A DNA stretch of 63,281 bases, the filler included, from Choristocarpus tenellus KU-1152 (lineage: Eukaryota; Protista; Phaeophyceae), in the NCBI GenBank assembly GCA_964200185.2. It is 11 parts of 11 records of this genome, joined end to end, with 100 filler letters (N's around TTAATTAATTAA, not from the genome) between each part and the next. Parts side by side here need not be neighbours in the genome. Positions count along the whole stretch, not along the records: positions 21,480 to 24,857 come from CAXNAD020020432.1; positions 24,958 to 43,482 come from CAXNAD020000543.1; 9 more parts are not named here. One strand, given 5' to 3'. Shown here one piece after another: positions 22,701-35,850 of the stretch. The notes below the pieces were generated by a model, which saw only the letters and a program-made list of their open reading frames with translations, searched no databases and was not told the DNA's origin. Position 1 is the stretch's first letter. Each line of letters starts with the position of its first letter. The position numbers and the translations under genes are program-made.

Positions 22701-24681
22701 CAAAACAACCTGTACGTTAGAAGTCCCTTTCTGAGTTGGGACGAGACCAGCCACTGCGTCCTCATCCTCTGGTAGTATATATATTCCTTGCCATGCACTC
22801 GTACAGGAGAGAGAGAGAGAGAGAGAAGAGAGAGAGGTATTATCAAAAGAAATGAGGGTGGCAACGAAACTGGCTGTATCTGAAACTGTAACATTACCTA
22901 CAAAGGTACCCTGTATGTATGCCCTGTCATGATCGTTTGATTAAGATAGGTACCCTTTTAAGGCATACATGAATAAGGTATGTGGTAGATAAGGGATGGG
23001 TATTTATTTTTGATATCATTTCTCGATTTTGGGTCCCAATCATGTAAAGCAGATGTTGTGACATATTTTCCGCAACTACGACGTTTAAAAACATGAAAGT
23101 TAATTCGTATTATTATTTTTTATTATCACATGGGTGTGAGGGGTCAAGGATCCCCCAGATCACCAGTGAAGTACATACAGTGTATGTAACAGGGGGGGAA
23201 TAAACACTGATTGAAAAGTGTAACAAGGATCTTAAAAGAAAAACAAATCAGTGGAAAAAGAAAAAAAAGAAAAAAGAAAAAGAAAAAAGAGAGAAAGTAG
23301 ATAACAAACAACAGAAAAACATGAACCAAAAGATAATTGAAGGGGAAGAAAGAAAATGAGCAAAGGATGCAAGTTAAATCAGTCCCAGAGGAGATTGCGA
23401 CGAGAAAGCGGTATTCAACAGACAAAAGTGGTGGCAATACTCTTTGGCAGACATGCCCTATCGTGGACAGGCATGCCCTATCATGGACAGACATGACTTG
23501 CCAAGGGTGGTGAGAACCCGATTTGTGGTCACAGGTAGAGAATACCCTTCCCATATGTACCTCTTGCACGCTTCACCATGCCATACGCAGCAAAAGTCAC
23601 AGCATCATTCCTGCCGTCGAACTGTGTGGCCACCACGCTTCAATGAGCAAAAAGACTAATGTGGACATCACTTTCGTGGAATACTACTGTGTGTGGCATC
23701 ACAGATCCAGATATGGACAACGAGATGAAGAGAGGAGGCTGTGCTTTGATTTATCACACTCCTAAGGAGGAGAAGAGTGACAAGGGCACACCAGTGATGA
23801 TGAGACCATCGAGTTGTGTCAAGGACTTATTCTCCAACTACTGGAAACAACCTTCTTGTCACTGACATGTGGCAGGTGTCTGCCATAGGGTCAGATTTGT
23901 ATAAAACTGCCACCAACAACGTTGGGCGCAGTGCCTTGTCCAGTGCAGCAAGCATAAGAGGAAACACAAGGACACATCAAGTGGTGGCGCTGACAGATAG
24001 AAACTATTACCTTTGGCCCAGATAGGAAAATTGCGGGACAGACTTGGTGGGTGGAGACAAGAAAAACCAAGTCAATATAATGGGGCAATACAGTATTGGC
24101 ATGGGGACAATCACACAATATTGCAAGAAAGAGCTTCCGAAGCAGCTTCTTACAAGTGGACAGATCAACGAGAAGACAGTCAGGACAACATGTCACCCAT
24201 AGATTTTTGTACCTGCCACGTGTGTGTGTGATGGTATTACCACTGTTATCTGCACCACTGCTAGAAAAGTAACATCGTAGTGTGTAGTTGAAGTCTTGGC
24301 GCAGGACGTAAGGTGTGAGCTACTGGAGGCGGCTTGTGATACAAACACTGGTAGTAAGGCTGACGAGGCAACGGGGGGAATTTTTTCCAGAAGGCAAGAC
24401 AAAGACAGAGGGTGATGCTGGTTATGGCATTGGAGACGAGTCTTCCGTCCCCCTTTGTTCAGTTGCCACCATATTTTCTTGATGGAGGCGAAAGCTTGAG
24501 AGAGTGGGCTAGAACACGCGCGTAGATTGCTGGACAATAGGGAAATTGTGTTACTATGCGCTTTTGCTTCGGGACCTGCGATACTGATGGATATTAGGCA
24601 GTTGTTCCTAGACTGATAGTTGTTGCGATAATACGTTCCTGTTTTCCGCGGTAGCAATTTTTAAATCCCAACTGCACATAA

Positions 24682-24857
24682 CAGCCGATTTCAAAAATTG
24701 AGGATGGGCTTGACCCAAAATTGACTGGGATATAGTATCGATATGTATTTTTTTTAAATGACAATACAGAAAAAAACATATCGACACTTTATCCCAGTCA
24801 ATTTTGGGTCTGTCCCACCCTCAATGAAAAGGCCCATCCTCAATTTTTGAAATCGGC
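24682..24857. mobile_element. MITE family C, cut at contig end
   Basis: cagccgatttcaaaaattgaggatgggc ... gcccatcctcaatttttgaaatcggc, almost entirely palindromic. Confidence 0.9.
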
Positions 24858-25327
24858 NNNNNNNNNNNNNNNNNNNNNNNNNNNNNNNNNNNNNNNNNNN
24901 NTTAATTAATTAANNNNNNNNNNNNNNNNNNNNNNNNNNNNNNNNNNNNNNNNNNNNGGCGTTGCCCTTGATAACAGTTTGTTGGGTGTCAGACAGCCTT
25001 CTCTTGATACTCCACTCAGTGCTTAGCTCAAAGCTCGACTCAATGTTTCGTTCAAGATAAGAAAAATACTGTTTTAAGGGGGGTAAAGGTTTTGGACGAA
25101 AAGCCCTCTTACTATTTTCATTATCCACCCAATTTCTTTGGTCTTCCATGCAACTGCTCTATACGTACTCCGATCGTAATCCTTTATTCTGCAACTTCTT
25201 AGGAACTTTGACATTTTTTTCTGTAATGTTACGTATGCATTACGAATCTTACTCTGTATCTTCTCCGAAATTAGCATCTATTCTGTAAGGCTACCTATGT
25301 GTCACTAATATCGTATATTGTTCACAC

Positions 25328-25490
25328 TTGTTAGAGCGCGAGAAACAATGCTCGCACTATTCGCCTGTCGCAAATGTTCGTGTTTGCTATAACAACATGA
25401 TGAGAAGAAATGCTCGCGCTATTCGCGTGTAAGAATACTCGCATTTTGTTAGAACACAAGAAGAACTGCTCGCGCTATTCGCCTGTAACA
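25328..25490. repeat. Degenerate tandem repeat, three units of about 57-62 bp, with core tgctcgc(a/g)ctattcgc(c/g)tgt
   Basis: The core is seen three times and the intervening segments resemble each other. Confidence 0.7.
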
Positions 25491-26346
25491 TGCCCCCCAG
25501 CGTGAAGTAGCAATACATGTTTCACGCTTACCACAGGGGATTGTCACCAGTGAAGACAGTAGATATCATCAATCAGCTCAGATCATCCTGTGAAAAGAAA
25601 AAAAGGAAGAGTAAAAAGATACCGTCCTCCTACTAGGTCCAAAACATCTATCCTTAACTTGGGAAAAATCTGTCTGAATTTAGCCTAATCTGAGGATATA
25701 TTCACTCTCTCTAAAGTATAGCTTCCCTAGAGTGCCAAGTATCATCTGACTATTGCCTGTCTCATGCCCCCCAGCACGAAGCATACTGACGGCTGATAGT
25801 AGTGCGTAAAACAGGCAATAACATCAACGTCGGCCTCAACCAAAAAAAGAAAAAAAAAGAAAAAGAAAAAGAAAAAGAAAAAGAAAAAGAAAAATAATAG
25901 CAAAAGAAGGGAGACAAGGGAGGAGGGAGGGGTCAAGAAATGTAGAGCAAAGTAAGGATGAAAGAAAGAAAGATAATGAATAAATAAGGAAGAAAAAGTA
26001 AAGGGGGGGGGGAAATAAAGGAAACAAAAAGGAAACAAAAGAGAAACAAAAGCACCCTATAAAAATTATTACTACCTGGGCTGATATGGGTTACTTCATG
26101 TTTCTGACTTCTCCAGTCTTAAGTTCTATGTGGGGACTAGAACTGTCAATGTTTGATTCCTATGTTCTTACATGAATCGGATCTATATTCATAGAAACTA
26201 GTAAAAAACCCACCATCCCACTCTCCACTCAAAATTACTTCGACAATGCCACATAGTGCCTTGTAGCGCTATGTGGCCGAGGTTGTACCCCCAATTAAGT
26301 ATACTTCATAGTATATATTACATAGCGTTTGAGGTAGAGTTGCCTC

Positions 26347-29300
26347 ATGGGTGACCCAGGGAGTGAGTCTGACGTAGAAGTTATCGACATCACAACAACA
26401 CCACTAGCTCCCCCTGCTTCACATCCTCCAAGAACTTTGGGTGGTATCTCCTCGAGCGACGACGACGACGACTTGAACGAGTTGTTGAACTGGAGACCAC
26501 CTTTTTCCAGGACATTAGGTGAAGGAAATGCTGCAGGGACTATTAATGATGAACTATCCACCTCAACAAAAAGGAACTCGATCCAATTGATCGCCGATGG
26601 TTGGGTTGATGCAGAACAGGTCGCCACCAAGCCTCACGCAGGACGAGCAGCGGGAAACAATCTTATTGGAGGTTCCTTGGTCGGATCCTCACCCCATGCT
26701 GTAACGACCGAAGTTGTAGATCTCCTCAGCGACTCGGAAGACGAAGCTGAAGAACAGCAATTATGGGGTAAGTATATTGGAATTGTGTTGGGACGGCTGC
26801 ATTTTCGAGTCTGCTAATCTTGTGCGACATGCAATTTGTTGGGTGAGTATTTACACATTTGCGTTGCTTTGCCAAGATGGCGCCGGACTGTGCTTGAAAC
26901 GCAATTCAAGCCGCAGGTCTACTCCAATTTTGATCCGCTTACGCCTCCAGTAACACTTGCTCGATTTTCTCGTTACTCTAGCTGGCAGAAACCCTTCATC
27001 CTATGACCAAGGTCAGAGTCCCAGCAAGGAAGCTAATCAAAGCAATCCAGGGGACGAAGCACTCGGTTTGGAGGACTTTGACTTCTTGGCGGTGGCTTCT
27101 CAGCCTACCTCCGACAGTCCGGGCATTGGATACAAGGGAAACGAGGCTGGACCGACCATAAGAAGCACTTCTTTAGAGAGCCAGATCGAGAGTGAGTGTA
27201 ACTCGGCGTCACTCTCAGACACTAGATCTGGGGATAACCAGTTAGATCGGGGACTTTCAAAGGAGGAGAAGGCACAGGCAAGGAAAGATGCCGCTATCAC
27301 CAAGAAACGAGAGAGACAGGAAGCGGTGCGTTGATAGTTGATTTTGAAATTTGTGACTGCTAAGGTATCAATGTAGCCTGGCACCAACAGAGGGGCTTTT
27401 TGGCACCACAACTACTTCAGAATGCAGGGGCTGTCTTTTGAAATGATGCATTTTCATTATGTTAGGTCATAGTAGTGCCTCTCTCTGTTGGCCATGTACT
27501 CAATTATAACACTAGCAAACAACCAAATGTTACCACTACCAAAATTTTGACCTAGTGTGTATGCAGTGAGTGCAAGTAGGAGATGCATATACTAGGAAGA
27601 GACCACAACAGAATGGTATAAGGGCAGCCACATGTCCTCCTGGTGTGTAGATGTGTCACCTTCAGTAACTGCTGCTTGATTCTCCCTGATTGGCCCTGAA
27701 GGTGGCTGAAGCAAAGCTGCAACGGGAGCGACAGCGTGCTGATCGGAAGGCAATGAAGGAGCGACAGAAGGAGACTGAGAAGCTTGAAAAGGCTGCGAGA
27801 AAGGAGAGGGAACAGCAGGCAAGTAGAGGACCTCCTTTGAAGTATACCTTGAGGCAAATGGCGAAATTGCAACAGGACCCGCTGAAAACCATGCTGTGAG
27901 AAGAAAGCTTATCATCCACCTAACCATGGTGGAGCAGGGTATGTGAAACTGTTCTGGACCCACCAAACATTTAATTTCATATCCAACTTCAAGGAGCTCT
28001 TGCACACGTCTTTAAACACCTATATCTGGTTAGACACTCTCACCACATTGGTTCTTAATCCTTCCCCAGGCACGCGGTAACTTCAGTCACCTTGAGGTAG
28101 CATGCGTGATGGAGCAACGATACTTTGAGGACCCTGACAGCACTGTTGTTCGTGCCTGTGCATCCAAGCAAGCCAACAGCAGCTCCGAAGAGTTTCGGGT
28201 AGTGTCTGGGGACTGCAACATTCACCGGGCTGTATGGTGGACGCACAGAGGTACACAGTATTCCTGCCACCCATGATAGTTTTGCTGCCCTTTGATATGT
28301 GTGGTTGGTCACCTGATGGATGTGCAGGGGCATAAGTTTGTACCGACATTTTCCACCTCACATTGTCTTGTCTTGTGTCTTGACAGTTCACGTTTGATTG
28401 TTTTTGTGAGTGTAGCTGTGGTCCACACCATTTCACACACTTTCTCAAACCTAGGTCTAACATCCACACACTACCTAGCCTTGGGCTAAGTTCAGCTCTC
28501 CATGTCTCTTTCTCATACTGATCGATAGCTGTTGTGCATGATTTGTTTCGGAGTCACTCCACCTGCCCACCCTACTAAGCTCTAATGCTTGGGGCTGTAC
28601 TCTTAGGGGTGTATGTTGAGCAGGTCATCCATGCTGTAGTCTTGGAGTAGCATCTGTGATATTCCAAACTGAGCTTAGGAATATGCCTGGATCAAAATGG
28701 GGAGTGGGGTGCTTGGATGTTGTCTCGTTGATGTATCAATTATACAATAATCAACTATACTGTGATCAAAACTCTCTCTACTTTCTGGACAGTATGTTGC
28801 ACCAGTCTGTGAAAATGATAACAATGTTTCAGCTTTCGTGCTGTTCCACACCGCATGAGCGATACGTATCGAAGAACGTCATTAGTCTCTAAGCAACACC
28901 AATGCCGACCATAATATATTCCCCCTCTTTTGCAAACAGTGTTACCTGGATGTATATAATCTTTAACCCTTGTTTTGCACCCCCTGCATGTCAGTCTTAG
29001 ATATACATACATGTTTGTAATTCCTCTGTGATCCTGTGCAATTGCTGTTGGAATGCGTGCTCTCCTCGTGAGTGCAAAGGATATTTCCTACCCAGTTGCC
29101 TATGCCATGCCTCTTGTCTACATGTCAATGTGGATGTGACATCTTCTGCTTTTGAAGAGTTTGCAATGCAGGCAGCGAAACACTCTCCTCTCTTGCTATT
29201 TCCCCTCTCTCTCTCATACACTCCTGCTCGTGACTTAATAACCAGGGCATCTTGAGGGAGGGGCAGCAGCGCAAGGTCCCGGGGTAACTACTCTCGGCCT

Positions 29301-32300
29301 CCTTTTGGTTGTGATCCATGCAGATGAGCTCCTTCAGTGCCTGCTCCGTCGGGGGGATGATCAAGAGTCTTTTCCGGACCTGGGGAACCTCGTGGACACA
29401 ATCAGGTTGACTATTTTGCTCTTGCCGCTAGCAAATTTTTGCTCTGTTTTGTTACTGTGCAAATGTGATAAGTGCTTTTTGAACACGGAAACTACTCTGT
29501 GGTGCTTTGAAGAGCATTGCAAGTTGTCTTCCTAAGGTTAGAGTGCCCCTGTGACATGCAAGTTCCTTGCCGATCTTAGCATCATTTTATATTGGGGCTT
29601 CATCCAATAATGTGAGAACAAATAAAAGAAAGCCCTTAAAGTGTGATGTGTTAGATATAATGTTGATAGGGCCTTGACGGGCAGTACGAATCATTGTGGT
29701 GCAGTAGCACCGTGACAATTTAGTCACTCAAGGATATCACTGTAGTCACTCAAGTTATTACTTTCTTTCCTTCTTCACATTTTCAGTTTTTTGCTGATGG
29801 GCGCACTCCGGGAGCTCTTACATATGCCCTTGTCCGTGTTGTGCATGATTGAGATTAGTGGTTTAGTGTCAGGGAAATATTGGTGGAAGGAACCCGGGGG
29901 CCCGAGGTCAAACAGATAGAGCAGCTTGTGGTACTACTGTGCGTACTTAAGTTGTGTTGTTCAGTGTTGCATGGTGGAGCATTGGTCTTGCTGGTGATTG
30001 TAATTTTTGTTATTTGTATCGAAGAGTTGATGCCCTGCCCCCGATACACCTTGCACAATGTGCCCCCCAACCACGTTGACATCCAGGTTAGCTCAGAATG
30101 AATGCAACTGCAACTTTTCAACTACAACGCACTCCTGCAAGCGGATTCTAGCTATATGATTGGTTACCACTTTTTATGTGGGTTGTGGACCCCGTCCCCT
30201 GTCCTAAATGAACTCCTGTGCAGGTCATCGGAAAGGAGTTTCAGCCGCCTCATCATTGTTCTTGAGGGAGTCGAGCAGGAGCTTCACCGTCGGTGGAATA
30301 TGAAGTACAGGTGACACAACAGCCCTCTTGCTTGGTGTGCAAATAATTTATTCGAATTCACACCCAGGAAGAATGTTGTGTGTGCATGGAAAAGCTTGGG
30401 TAGGCTTCTGTTTGTTTTGATTACTTGTTGGGTTAACGTTTGGCAATGTGCATGGGTTGATGCAGATGCAGTGTACTGTAGTGTTGCAATTGTTTTCTGG
30501 GTATCCCCCAATGATTTTTTACTATATGATCTGTTTATGTATCTCGTGGACATAACAGCTTGCACACGGGCACGCACATACACAAACACACTATTTTGGC
30601 CAGTATCTCCTTTGTCTATTTCCCTCCCCCCCCCCCCCCCCCCCCTTCCCCCCCCCCTGTTTTTTTCTTTCTCCTCTTGCTACTCCAACTACCACACTTT
30701 TCGTTCCTCCCTCCCCCCCCCTCTCCCTCTTTTACCACGACATTGTTGCTTCCATTCAACTCTGCCTACTAAAGTCACACATTCTTTGCGACACCTTTGA
30801 CCATTGCTATGATTTTGTGCCGAACATGTTTGATCTCTTTGGGTTTGTTCCAGTGGTGACGGCAGAGGAGCACCTTGCTCCACAGCTGATGACCTTGAGG
30901 ATGCCACTTCCTGGCTGTTGATCCACAAGGTTAGAGGGTGCAACAGGTTGACTGAATTTTGATAGGCAAATGTTGTGCAACCTTAAACCTACTGCACCAG
31001 TAGTTTCGCTGCTGAGATAGAGAGATTTTTTGAAGTTTATCAGCATTGTTCATGGCTTCAGTATGTGCTGGGGGGATTTCCTGATACTATTTAGGCAAGC
31101 CTCTGTACCCAAAGCCAACTCGTACTATGTTGGATATGGGCTTAAACTTGCTTGGCTTTGCATACACCACTGGCCCAAAGATGTGTGTGTGGGTGTGTGT
31201 GTGCGTCCCTACAGTACTATTAATAGTGTCGACTCAAGAAAAGGCGTTTGTTGTTATACTATCTGCAGTCAAAGTGATGATATGTGGGCTTGGAGCCTTG
31301 TTGTTCTTGTGTGCTTTAGTGGCTACTACATACCTACCTCAGAGCAAGAGATCTTTTGGGGAGTGCCTATGGGTGTGTGTAGATTGGAGTGTAAAGGAGC
31401 AAAAAATAGGTTGGTGAAAAAATCAACAGATGCAGGTATTTTGCCTGTGTTGGGGACCTGATGCCATTAGCTATTTCGAGAGGAGCAGCACATTTTGAAC
31501 ATGCACATGTATCAAGTTGTTGCCATGGTTACAATGTCAGACAGTAGCCGTGCGCTTAGTTCTAGTTGGCGTTAGGGTTGAGGGTCAGTCACATCTACTT
31601 AACACAATATATACTAATACCCTTCGTTATTCTCACCAAATCGTGCCTCAACTTTTCCCTGCCTGACCTGGGATTTTTTTGCTCAGGAAACAGAGACACG
31701 TTTGACTAAGGATGGGGAGCAGACAGGGCAATACCTTTGGGACTTGACAAGAGCGCTCTCTGTGATTCCCTACAAGGTCAGTCTCCAACGTGTCTGCTAT
31801 TGCCCTTTCCTCACCCCCTTTTTTTTAACACTGTCCCACTTTTGTTTGTGCTGGTACAATACCTATGCTACAATACCTATACTACAATACCTATGCTAAC
31901 GTGTGTTGCCCGTGTATCATGAGCCACTATGTGTGGTTGATCTACAAGCCTTTGCTTCAATATTATGTGTGGTTGATTTAGCAGTATGTACAAATATTGC
32001 ATGATTGCCTTCTAAAGTTGATTGCTTTCCTTGTCTAGGACGATGTGACAGAGCTGCACTGTGTGGCACGACTGAAGTCTAGGGCTATTGGATCTGACTT
32101 ACTTCCACCAGAGGAGCAGGAGATGGCAGACACTTGGGTGAGAGCACCGATGAGCACCATGACTTGCGTCATCAATCACTGCCCATCTGCCTGTTCTAGT
32201 TGTTATGGATTGTCCACTATCCTATAATAGTGTTGGTGATACTCCCACTGAGCTATTTTCTGTTCAAGTGTTGCAGAGTGCCATTGTACTTCCTCTGTTT

Positions 32301-35300
32301 GGAATTAAATGTAACATTACTTTTGCAAGCTCTGTTCTCGCCCCGGAACAACCCACATGACAAAACCCTCTGGACGAGGCTCATTTCTCATATAGATTGG
32401 GAGGCGTGCAAAGTTTGAGGGGATGGGCTGTCATTACTGTGGAGGATCACCAGTGCAAAGTTGCATGTGACGGGTTTCAAGAGCCTGGTGAAAGTGAAGG
32501 TGAAAATGGCGAAGCGAGTGGTTATTGGGATGGCTAGGATGAAGGCCCCCCATCCTTCGAACAGCTTGCTTATCCCATCATCGCTCATCAGTCCCAATTC
32601 TTTGCCCCAGAAGTCTCTCTGGAGTCAGGGCTCAGACACCCTGACGAAGAACAGCATGGTGGCACAATGCCTGGATGCGAGAGGGTATGAGACTTGGATG
32701 CCTCGGGGTATGGCGGTGGCTATCAATGTTATAGAATGCGTAGAAATATCCAAGACTATGCATCTTTTTTACCGATGTCTCCATTTGCACAATAACTTCT
32801 GCAGGATCCTCCCCAATCGGTAGATGTAGTTCATGCACCTTGGGTCGCCAAGTCAAGATCGCTCGCTCTGTGATCCAATCTCTCTTGCGAATCGATCTCT
32901 CGATGTCTGAAAACCTCCCGAGAGGCTGTCGTGATTGTCAACAATTCCGAGTCCGAGTCCATCTGCACTCACAACCAGCCCAGCCAATGCCATGCTGGCT
33001 ACCTGCATTTCATGCCGCATCCACCTTGACATGTCGCTTCCCACCAGGTCCACCCTGATGCGGTCGTGAGTAAGTAGGGCATCCTTCCACCCACCCATGG
33101 CAACACAAGTCAAGGGTCTTTTCTTGTATTTGGGAAATCTTTTCCCATCACCATCACCACCATATATACACCATGAACTTGGAGGGAAGTGGGACGAGGT
33201 GCTGCAGGTCCACTCCTACAGTTGTTCTTCAATTTGTGATCCTCCTTGTCGCTGGCTCCTCCTCATTATAGAAGTCCTCTACGTCCACCCCAACATCATC
33301 TCCCCTCCGTATTCACGTTACTGATGGCAGATGCCATTGGGATTCCGTCTGTTCCTTCTACTACTAGCTTGGGATATCAGTACACTTTAAAGTATGCTAG
33401 CTAGCATGGTGAAGAATGTTTAGGATCCCAAGTCTTGATACTGAAATGTGTAGATTAGTTTCTTCTCAGTTATGTTGTAGTAGGTGGAAAGTTGGAGTGA
33501 GAAACACCATCCAAGAAGGGGGGGGCAATGGACTTTTCACTCATCCCTGATGAATAATAACTCATCACTTAATCTGTGTTACTTGCTACAACATTCCTTT
33601 TCCAGTATTCTTCTTATGATACTGCAATAACCCGGATATTGTTCTCTTAACCACTCAACAGAAAGATTTCTATCAACTATCCAGTTTTCCAAGAGTTATC
33701 CGACAACACTCTAATTAATCCAACAACTGATTGTTTCCTTAATAAGTATTTTCCCACATGAATTTTAAGCGTAATCTTTACAATCGGGGAGGACTTTGGA
33801 TTTTCCCAGATCACTGTGTTCTGTCATCTGAAGGAGTATGCAGATCACACAGGGTGAATGCACGGACCTTGTACGATGTTGCAAGGGTAGATGTAGCCGC
33901 CATCCAGGTATCCTCAATGTTTGAGATATCCCCATCAGTACACCATACATCCTTCCGCAATTGGGCGGCCAAAGCTGGGGTCTCCCTTGCCTTGTTTTGG
34001 GATCTGTGCAAGCACAAGAAGATGAAGAAGGTCAAGTGGTGGATTAAGCTGTTCCTCTCAGACCAGCAGAAAGTCAACAGAGTGGGTTTTTGTCATCAGT
34101 CACTTGCACAGGAAGGAAGGACGTGGGGTATCAGTGGACAGTCTATATGACTGGGTACATGTGGATGAGAATTGGTTTTACATCCTCAGAGGTGGGCAAG
34201 GTGTGTACCCGAACCCCCCTGAGGAACCCCACAAACCCACTCAAGCACAGAATAAACACTACATTATGAAGGTGATAGTCCTTGCTGCTGTGGGTTGCCC
34301 TAGGAAGTTCTTCAATGGGGTGTGGTTCGATGGGAAAATCGGGATCTGGGCAATCATGGACACTAAGGTTCCTCAGCACTCCAACAAACACCACCACAAG
34401 GGCACCAAGGTTGTGCCAGTCACAGTGTATGGGGAGAGTTATAAGAAGCTCATGATTGAGGGTGTCATCCTGGCAATGAAGGCTCGCATGCCTAGGCCAG
34501 AAGGACACACCATCTTTATCCTATAACAAAGTCACACACCAAGGGAGGGATCATGGAGGCAAATGTGGAGGCGGCAGGGGACGACATTTTCATAGAGACC
34601 CAGCCAGGCAACTCACCTGATCTCAATGTCAGCAACCTGCAATTATTTCATTCCATCTGGCAACTGACGGAAGGCGTGAGGGTGACCAACACAGTGGAGC
34701 TGATGGAGACCACAATTGGAGGTGTTGAATGTGTACCCCTGGGAGACACTAGAGTGCATCTGTTAGACCCTCTTCACAGTCTGCAGTGAAGTGCTGGGGT
34801 CCAAGGGTGGCAGTACCTTCAAAGTTCCCAATCTCAGCAAGGAAAAGACTGAGGCGAGCAAGCTCCCCCCGAATGCCCTGGTGGATGTGATGAAGTATTG
34901 TGTTCTGGAATGGATTTTTGGAGGACTTTGGGGGCGGAATAATAGATTGGTCTAGGCTACCCCCATTTTGGTTGAGATTTTGGTGGGCATCCTCTTCGTG
35001 TCTGCACAATACACCCATAAAACATAAACACGTGAAGGATTCTTGTTTCTTCATTGGGGCTGCAAAAGTTATGTTGCATTTAATTCCGAATGGAGGAAGT
35101 ATACTATACTTATGAAAGATTCTTTCTCAATTTTTTTTTTCATTTCAAGACCCTTCTGACTGGTTCATGTTCAAGAGGTGCTGCTGCATAAAAAAAAAAA
35201 ACGGAATATAGGACTGCGGCCTTGTAGTGTGTGGATTTATCCAACAGATTATGCGCAAGTTTGTGTGGTGTTTACTGGAATCCCATCTCTCTACCCCTAT

Positions 35301-35850
35301 ATAAATAGGTTTACCGGGCTTCATGTCACAGGTGAAAGCAGTGCAATGCACCAGGCAGGAAAGTCTAACATTTTTTAAATGGAGGGGACCCATGTAGCAA
35401 TTAATGATGATCTTTGTTGCCTGTAGCTCAAACAAGTACACTCTTCCCAGTTACCAAATTGGTTGAGAGCAGTGTCAACAACATTCAGACGTATACCCAC
35501 CTACAGATAACTGGATGGTCCTTTATGCAACCAAACCTGGCACCTCAGACAGTCCTTTGTGTACTATGTATGTGACTCATATCCATCTGCCTCTCTATCG
35601 TCCCTCTAAATTTCTAAAGGTGAGGATGCTGCAACAGATCCCAGGCATCAGTGAGCCAAAAGCTATGGCAATTGCCCAGCACTACCCCCTACCCCGGTCT
35701 CTTGTGTGTGCCCTGTCAGACCCAACGGTACCAGTAGAGCAGCGAATGCACTTGCTGGCTGACAAGATGGGGAGCAGGAATGAGAGCAAGAGGTCACGGC
35801 GGGTGTATGAGGCTTTAATGCAGGAAGATGGGGACTACGAGCTGACATGA
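26347..35850 (+). CDS. EME1: Crossover junction endonuclease subunit EME1-like (XPF/ERCC4 family partner of MUS81); 10 exons, about 601 aa
   Basis: Exons 26347-26767, 26982-27325, 27702-27818, 28070-28250, 29246-29405, 30224-30310, 30854-30929, 31687-31776, 32039-32137 and 35620-35850 total 1806 nt and are phase-consistent. The product has an acidic disordered N-terminus, a K/E/R coiled coil, an ERCC4-like region (RLIIVLEGVE, DLEDATSWLLIH, YLWDLTRALSVIPYK) and a helix-hairpin-helix C-terminus WVRMLQQIPGISEPKAMAIAQHYPLPRSL...LLADK...SRRVY typical of EME1. Confidence 0.85.
32400..33340 (-). mobile_element. Ty1/Copia gag relic inside EME1 intron 9
   Basis: Minus-strand LPIGEDPAEVIVQMETSVKKMHSLG resembles the Copia gag (Retrotran_gag_2) GEDPxxxxxRxxxxxxxLxxLG segment. 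It is interrupted by stops. Confidence 0.45.
33830..34860 (+). mobile_element. DD39D-type (plant-like) mariner transposase relic inside EME1 intron 9
   Basis: VHVDENWFY, KVIVLAAVGCPR, WFDGKIGIW and QPGNSPDLNVSNLQLFHSI match the DD39D mariner motifs VHxDEKWF, KVMFLxAVARPR, FDGKIGxW and QPPNSPDxNVLDLGFF. Confidence 0.88.

Noticed and set aside
23440-24231. Possible APE-type LINE endonuclease relic (KRGGCALIY)
   Set aside because: A single weak motif with many frameshifts. Not supportable.
25328-25490. CRISPR-like repeat-spacer pattern
   Set aside because: There are only three degenerate units, the spacers resemble each other, the context is eukaryotic and there are no cas genes.
25742-26038. 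Phe-rich ORFs as membrane proteins (also 23144-23569 and 49714-50158)
   Set aside because: They are antisense translations of A/G-rich low-complexity tracts.
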